DNA of 36,446 nucleotides from a virus (lineage: Duplodnaviria > Caudoviricetes), in the IMG/VR virus record IMGVR_UViG_3300017774_000740, positions 1 through 36,446 of that record, one strand, 5' to 3'. Shown one piece after another: positions 31,935 through 36,446 of the stretch. How positions within the stretch are numbered: the stretch's first letter is position 1; each line of letters starts with the position of its first letter. The translations under genes were made by a program, and so were the position numbers. Under the pieces are notes generated by a model. That model did no database searches. It was not told the origin of the DNA and saw only the letters and a list, made by a program, of their open reading frames with translations.

Positions 31935-31973
31935 AAAGCCCCCGGCGTGAGCGAAAGTTCCGCTGGGGGTTTT
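31935..31973 (+). terminator. Hairpin/terminator after bet
   Basis: AAAGCCCCCGGCG-T-GAGC-GAAA-GTTC-CGCTGGGGGTTTT: long stem, GNRA loop, short U tract. Confidence 0.65.
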
Positions 31974-31993
31974 ACCAACACAGGAGATCAACC

Positions 31994-32131
31994 ATGAGCA
32001 ATTACCCACCAGGATTTGATGCTGAGTATTGGTTTGGCGATGAAGAGGAACCGGAGGCAGAGGACATTGATTGCGAGCCGGAACCGCTAGATGAACCAGA
32101 ACCCGATCCGTTTCCACGAGAAGAACCCTGA
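31994..32131 (+). CDS. 45-aa highly acidic peptide
   Basis: AGGAG RBS, ATG at 31994; 18 Asp/Glu versus 1 Arg. Confidence 0.7.
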   Translation: MSNYPPGFDAEYWFGDEEEPEAEDIDCEPEPLDEPEPDPFPREEP

Positions 32132-32143
32132 AAGGACAACAAC

Positions 32144-32659
32144 ATGAAAAGTCTTACACGAGTACACGAAGCGACAGCGGCGGCGCAGGAACTAGAGGAA
32201 ATGCTGCTTGATAGCAGCGGCGAGTTGACAGAGGAAATGGAAGGCCAGTTTGCGATACTGACCCAACAGGCCGAAAGTTTTCCTGCTGCAATTGATGACG
32301 TGCTTTCCCTCGTCCGCGACATCGAAGCACGGGCAGAGGCACGCAAGGCCGAGGCCGACAGGCTCAAGCAGCGAGCCAAGCGCGATGAAGCCGTCGCGGC
32401 GTGGTTCAAGTCGCAAGTGCTGCGGACGATGCAGGCACAAGGACTCAAGAAAATTGAATGTTTGCGCTGGCGTGCGACGGTCGCGCAGCCGGGTGGTAAG
32501 CCCGCGATGGAGTTGATTGGAGATGTTCCGCCGGAGTATGTGGAGCAGGAGATCATTCATGTAACAGATAAGGACAAGATCCGCACCGAACTAGAGAGCG
32601 GAAAAATTCTTTCCTTTGCGCGATTGGTTGAGAAGCAACCCTATTTGAGGATTTCCTGA
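32144..32659 (+). CDS. Siphovirus Gp157-family (Gam-like) coiled-coil protein
   Basis: GELTEE...RKAEADRLKQRAK...VPPEY...DKDKIRTELESG...ARLVEK..LRI pattern; next to the recombinase. Confidence 0.8.
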   Translation: MKSLTRVHEATAAAQELEEMLLDSSGELTEEMEGQFAILTQQAESFPAAIDDVLSLVRDIEARAEARKAEADRLKQRAKRDEAVAAWFKSQVLRTMQAQGLKKIECLRWRATVAQPGGKPAMELIGDVPPEYVEQEIIHVTDKDKIRTELESGKILSFARLVEKQPYLRIS

Positions 32660-32967
32660 TGTACGCCAAAGACGCAGCACTAAAGGGCATTCAAAATGCG
32701 CTGGCTGCACGAGGTTTCAAGTGGCCTGAGAAGGGCAAGAAGGACAAGGATTCCGTTGTTGCGCGCCTCATGGCATTTGACGCGCTGCACAACCTAACCG
32801 GCCTATCGCGTAGCGCAATTTCAATGTTGGTCAGCAACAGCCCCAGCAACACCACAAACATGATTCAGCGCGTGGAGCGGTGTTACCGAACGCCAATTGA
32901 CAGGGCGAACTGGATTGTGCAGGCCCGAGCAGCGATTGATGCTGTGCTTTCACAGGAGGCAACATGA
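32659..32967 (+). CDS. Putative DNA-binding protein (DnaA domain IV-like HTH)
   Basis: VVARLMAFDALHNLTGLSRSAISMLV...TTNMIQRVE loosely follows the DnaA C-terminal pattern AR..AM.L...LT..SL..IG...HTTV; TGATG coupling. Confidence 0.5.
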   Translation: MYAKDAALKGIQNALAARGFKWPEKGKKDKDSVVARLMAFDALHNLTGLSRSAISMLVSNSPSNTTNMIQRVERCYRTPIDRANWIVQARAAIDAVLSQEAT

Positions 32968-33278
32968 ACCTGTTCGATGCAGCAGAGGCAGAGAGACTGA
33001 AGTTGCACGGCAAGGCCGTTGCAGCACAATCACGATCCGAGTTGTTGGGTTTAGCGCGTGTGTATGCGTTGATGCTGGTCCGTCGCAACGGCACGGTACA
33101 TGCCGACGATGTCGCTGGAGCGATGGCGAATGACGGATTGAATTACGCTGACCTTGGCAACGCAGCCGGAAGCGTGTTTGACTGTTCATTCCAATGGACT
33201 GGTCAGGTCATTCGCAGCTTGAGACCATCCACGCACGGCAGGATTGTTCGCGTTTGGAGGTTGAAATGCGATACCTGA
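32964..33278 (+). CDS. Conserved phage hypothetical protein (possible winged helix)
   Basis: AGGAGG RBS, ATGA overlap; GTVHADDV...GNAAGSVF...S.RPSTHGR.VRVW. Confidence 0.75.
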   Translation: MNLFDAAEAERLKLHGKAVAAQSRSELLGLARVYALMLVRRNGTVHADDVAGAMANDGLNYADLGNAAGSVFDCSFQWTGQVIRSLRPSTHGRIVRVWRLKCDT

Positions 33279-34681
33279 GCGTTTGCAGCGGCATCGAAGC
33301 GGCCACCGTTGCGTGGCATGGCCTGGGTTGGACCCCGGTCGGATTCAGCGAGATCGAACCATTCCCAAGCGCGGTACTCGCGCATCACTATCCCAACGTT
33401 CCAAATTTCGGAGACATGACTCAACATGCAACCTGGCCAATCGAACCCGGAACCATTGATGTCCTTGTGGGGGGAACCCCTTGTCAAAGCTTCAGCGTTG
33501 CCGGCCTCCGAGCAGGACTCGCAGACCCGCGAGGGGGACTCATGCTCACATATCTTGAGATCGCTCGGCGTTTACGGCCTCGATGGATTGTCTGGGAAAA
33601 TGTCCCCGGTGTGCTGTCAAGCGCAGGCGGACGGGATTTTGGTTCCTTCCTTGGCGCGTTGGGGGAACTGGGGTATGGGTGGGCCTACCGGGTGTTGGAC
33701 GCTCAATGGTGCAGAACACACGGGCATCCACGCGCCGTCCCGCAGCGCCGACGCAGAGTCTTCGTTGTTGGTTGCCTCCTTGAGCGATGTGCTGGAGATT
33801 GGAACCGTGCCGCCCAGGTTCTCTTTGAGCGCGAAAGCGTGCAGCGGGATTCTTCGACGCGCAGAGCGAAGGGGCAAGGCGTTGCCGCCAATGCTGAAAG
33901 CAGCGCTACAAGCGGCGGCTGGATGCCAAACAACCCAGGAGTCGTGAGCAGCGTTTGCACCAAATGGTCAAAAGGAACAGGCGGGCCGAGTGGTTCAGAG
34001 CATTTCAATTTGGTCGCACAGCCAGTTGGATACCGTTGGCAGAACAATAAAACGGGATTGGTTCAAGATGGAACTGCGCCGTCTTGCAGAGCTTCAGCAG
34101 GCAGCAGTGGCTTCCATAAGATGAATCATCCGGTCGTGTTGCAGCCAATTACCAAGTCCAAGCGCGCCCAATCGGTCACCGATGACGAGACTTGGGTGCA
34201 AGGCCAAGTGAACCCGACGCTCTCGCTGTTTGACCAGGGTGATACGCGGGCGACTACGGCTGTGGTCAATATGCAATGCAGCAAGTCAAACGCTTGCGTG
34301 TCAACCGATGGGACATCGTTCACGCTGAATGCGATGCACGGGCATGATGTTCATGCGGTGGCGGTCGGAGTCGATTGTTACAACGGCGCAGTGACGGGTG
34401 GCGTTGCCGCGACAATGGGTACTCCTGGCTCGTCGGTCAATGCAAGCGGGCCGACGGTCATGCAGGCCATGACTGTGCGCCGCCTGACCCCGCGAGAATG
34501 CGAACGCCTTCAAGGATTTCCAGACGACTTCACGCTGATTCCGTGGCGAGGTAAGCCTGCCGAGCAGTGTCCAGACGGACCGCGCTACAAGGCGTTGGGA
34601 AACAGCATGGCCGTCAACTGCATGGAGTGGATCGGCGAGCGAATTGATATGATCGAAAAGCGAAACAGCCCCGGCATGTAA
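33266..34681 (+). CDS. dcm: DNA (cytosine-5)-methyltransferase
   Basis: GGAGG RBS, ATG 33266; motifs I (SVCSGIEA), IV (GGTPCQSFS), VI (WENVPG), VIII (PQRRRRVF), IX (RRLTPRECERLQGFPD), X (YKALGNS). Confidence 0.95.
   Translation: MRYLSVCSGIEAATVAWHGLGWTPVGFSEIEPFPSAVLAHHYPNVPNFGDMTQHATWPIEPGTIDVLVGGTPCQSFSVAGLRAGLADPRGGLMLTYLEIARRLRPRWIVWENVPGVLSSAGGRDFGSFLGALGELGYGWAYRVLDAQWCRTHGHPRAVPQRRRRVFVVGCLLERCAGDWNRAAQVLFERESVQRDSSTRRAKGQGVAANAESSATSGGWMPNNPGVVSSVCTKWSKGTGGPSGSEHFNLVAQPVGYRWQNNKTGLVQDGTAPSCRASAGSSGFHKMNHPVVLQPITKSKRAQSVTDDETWVQGQVNPTLSLFDQGDTRATTAVVNMQCSKSNACVSTDGTSFTLNAMHGHDVHAVAVGVDCYNGAVTGGVAATMGTPGSSVNASGPTVMQAMTVRRLTPRECERLQGFPDDFTLIPWRGKPAEQCPDGPRYKALGNSMAVNCMEWIGERIDMIEKRNSPGM
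33426..33947 (+). CDS. Alternative-frame ORF nested in the MTase (beta-polypeptide-like)
   Basis: 173 codons in another + frame; SLSDVLE.G.VPPRFSLSAKACSGILRRAERRGKALP resembles the post-motif-VIII segment of C5 MTases and the alternative-frame beta subunit of M.EcoHK31I (from recollection). Confidence 0.65.
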   Translation: MQPGQSNPEPLMSLWGEPLVKASALPASEQDSQTREGDSCSHILRSLGVYGLDGLSGKMSPVCCQAQADGILVPSLARWGNWGMGGPTGCWTLNGAEHTGIHAPSRSADAESSLLVASLSDVLEIGTVPPRFSLSAKACSGILRRAERRGKALPPMLKAALQAAAGCQTTQES

Positions 34682-34693
34682 CCGGGGCGGTTT
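34663..34693 (+). terminator. Hairpin spanning the MTase stop codon
   Basis: AAACA-GCCCCGG-CATGTAA-CCGGGGC-GGTTT; short U tract. Confidence 0.45.
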
Positions 34694-34733
34694 CTAAACC
34701 ATACGCGCCGTGTCGGGCGCAGAGAGGTCTGGA

Positions 34734-35546
34734 GTGATTCTACAACCTGAACGAAGCGAGGGCGCACCTCTAGCGTTCCTGAAGTTTTACGGCAGCGACT
34801 TCCTAAACGCAACTGCCGCATGGACGATGGAGGAGCGCGGCGTTTACATCACGCTGCTTTGGTACTCATGGGTGAACGGAGGGTTGCCTGGAGATATCGA
34901 ACGCATCGACCGCATGGCTCCAGGCGCGAAGGCGTGCTGGTCAGTTCTGGATTCCAAGTTCCCCATAAGCCAAGACGGCATGCGCCGCAACGCAAGGCAG
35001 GAACGCGACCGCGAAGCGATGCGAGCCAAGAGCCTGTCAGCAGCCGAGCGCGGAAAGCGTGGAGCGGAGCAGCGATGGGGTAGCCATAGCAACGGAATGG
35101 CTATAGCCATCCATCAGCCATCGCTAAACGATGGCAACGGTATGGCGAGTCAGAGATCAGAGGTCAGAGTTCAGAGATCAGAGATCAGAGATCAAACACA
35201 AGAACAAAAACATTTGCTCAACGGCGTTGCCGTCGAGCCAGTTTCATCCGTAAATGATCCCAAGCCGAACCGACGAGCAGCGATCCCGCAGGCAGCTCTG
35301 GACGCGCTCTGGCAACGGTTCCCTCGGAAGGTGGGCAGGAAGAAGGCAATGACTCTGCTAGACAAGGCCGTGAGAGAGGTCATGGAAGACTTTGAGCATG
35401 ACGAGCCGGCTGATGCGCTGATTTGGATGGAGGAGCGCATTGACGCCCTCGCCAAGCAGCACAAGCTGTCCGACCCAAAGTTCATCCCGCACCCAGCGAC
35501 CTGGCTAGGCCAGGGACGATACCTTGATCCCGTGGAGACACCATGA
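34734..35546 (+). CDS. Replication initiator (DUF1376/YdaU-like N-terminus)
   Basis: FLKFYGSDFL..T...T.EERGVYITLL..SW..GGLP.D; C-terminal LWQRFPRKVGRKKA and FIPHPATWL.Q.RY; start uncertain (GTG 34710 or 34734). Confidence 0.85.
   Translation: MILQPERSEGAPLAFLKFYGSDFLNATAAWTMEERGVYITLLWYSWVNGGLPGDIERIDRMAPGAKACWSVLDSKFPISQDGMRRNARQERDREAMRAKSLSAAERGKRGAEQRWGSHSNGMAIAIHQPSLNDGNGMASQRSEVRVQRSEIRDQTQEQKHLLNGVAVEPVSSVNDPKPNRRAAIPQAALDALWQRFPRKVGRKKAMTLLDKAVREVMEDFEHDEPADALIWMEERIDALAKQHKLSDPKFIPHPATWLGQGRYLDPVETP
35081..35215 (+). repeat. Putative replication origin within the initiator gene
   Basis: AACGG(A/T)ATGGC direct repeats (35091, 35136), palindrome ATGGCTATAGCCAT (35097-35110), IR GCCATCG/CGATGGC, six tandem TCAGAGN heptamers (35150-35191), then an A-rich tract. 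Confidence 0.75.
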
Positions 35547-35995
35547 GAACAGAAACCGCAGCCGTGATACTTGAACACTTCGGAGGCAGCACATGGGCCA
35601 AGCCCGACTCCAAGCGGCACGCCGAGGCCGCCAAGGTGCTGGACGAGTTCCGCCACGAGGACATCGTGCAGGCTTGCAAGACGATGCGCCTGACCCTCTC
35701 GCGCTCCAGCGTCAAGCCGGAAGAACTGGCTGGGGAGATCAAGCGCAACACCAAGCGGGCCAAGGTTCACGCGCAGGCGTGGAAGGACGGCGTAAACCCG
35801 GAAGAAATCGAACGCGAGCGCAGGCAAGCACGCAACGCCGTCCTACTCGCGCCGCGTGAAGTCATCGCAGCAGCAGTCGCCAAGTGCCGGAAGATTGGCG
35901 CGCTTGACGGCACTCCTCTGTCGCCCAAGATTGAGGAATGGAGTGCGTTCACGGTAGGAATGGTTTATGCAGCGATTGAGGAGGCACACGGATGA
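35543..35995 (+). CDS. Hypothetical protein (helicase-loader position)
   Basis: ATGA coupling to the initiator, GGAG RBS; function by position only. Confidence 0.7.
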   Translation: MRTETAAVILEHFGGSTWAKPDSKRHAEAAKVLDEFRHEDIVQACKTMRLTLSRSSVKPEELAGEIKRNTKRAKVHAQAWKDGVNPEEIERERRQARNAVLLAPREVIAAAVAKCRKIGALDGTPLSPKIEEWSAFTVGMVYAAIEEAHG

Positions 35996-36183
35996 CTGAC
36001 TCGGATCACATCATGCAACTTCGACAGCAGATTGCGAATCTGCATGGATTGCTCTTGAAGGCCCAAGCCGAGCGCGATGAAGCCCGCCGGGAACTTTGCC
36101 GATGGCAGGCCGAGGCCGAGGGCGGAACGCCTGAGGAACACGCGAAGGATGAAGGCTATGACTGCTTCAAGGAGAATCCATGA
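35992..36183 (+). CDS. Small coiled-coil hypothetical protein
   Basis: GAGGAGG RBS, ATGA overlaps at both ends, AERDEARRELC motif. Confidence 0.75.
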   Translation: MTDSDHIMQLRQQIANLHGLLLKAQAERDEARRELCRWQAEAEGGTPEEHAKDEGYDCFKENP

Positions 36184-36434
36184 CCCTTCCACGCGAACGG
36201 TTTAGAGCCATTGCCAAGACGCGCAACCTATTGAAGGCGTTGTGTGACGCAAAACGCACGCCTGGTGTACCGAAACCGCTCAGGGACGAGGCCGCAGCTT
36301 GCCTGAAGCACTTTCCAACGCCTCTTGACATGGACGAGGCCATCCACGGACTTCGATTGGCTGCACAGGTCTTCGCAGCAGTTGAACCGATCCCACGGAA
36401 ACTTCGTCGGCCGGAACGGGAAAATGACGAGTAA
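36180..36434 (+). CDS. Small hypothetical protein (BPSL0761-like pattern)
   Basis: AAGGAG RBS; MTLP.ER.RA...TR.LL...P.VPK..R.EA...LKHFP. Confidence 0.65.
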   Translation: MTLPRERFRAIAKTRNLLKALCDAKRTPGVPKPLRDEAAACLKHFPTPLDMDEAIHGLRLAAQVFAAVEPIPRKLRRPERENDE

Positions 36435-36446
36435 CATGGGGACACC

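Larger units (their letters stand above)
1..36446. mobile_element. Bacteriophage genome (podovirus, BPP-1/epsilon15-like gene order), near complete
   Basis: Terminase-portal-scaffold-capsid-adaptor-nozzle-ejection-tailspike-lysis order, followed by divergent early operons with Bet, MTase and replication initiator; no host housekeeping genes. Confidence 0.96.

Noticed and set aside
35150-35194. Tandem repeats as a CRISPR-like array
   Set aside because: 7-bp units without spacers, inside a CDS; better explained as origin repeats.
1-36446. Stop-codon reassignment
   Set aside because: Genes are full length in the standard code and TAA, TGA and TAG all end conserved genes at expected positions.

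Overview
Most of the genome of a tailed dsDNA bacteriophage with a podovirus architecture of the BPP-1/epsilon15/phiV10 type, probably lacking only a few kb upstream of terS. The + strand from 1 to 28.8 kb is the late region: TerS C-terminus, TerL, a GNAT, portal, scaffold, major capsid and cement proteins, tail adaptor and nozzle, three ejection proteins (the last a ~2,890-aa polyvalent protein with ADP-ribosyltransferase-like and HExxH modules), two beta-helix tailspikes, an SGNH hydrolase, and holin/spanin-like genes with no recognisable endolysin. A leftward early operon headed by a sigma70-region-4-like HTH gene occupies 28.9-30.7 kb. A rightward early operon (Bet/RecT, acidic peptide, Gp157, C5 DNA methyltransferase, DUF1376 replication initiator with an internal origin) occupies 30.8-36.4 kb. 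Highlights: (1) three exact GGTGCCCGTA-N17-TAnnnT late-promoter motifs, with the stand-alone sigma4-like protein as a candidate reader; (2) an alternative-frame protein nested in a multi-TRD methyltransferase; (3) cassette-like effector accretion at 'FEQA' linkers in the giant ejection protein; (4) several apparently leaderless genes; (5) a lysis module with no muralytic enzyme. Family assignments are from motif recognition and synteny, not database searches. No integrase, tRNA, CRISPR array or DGR was seen.
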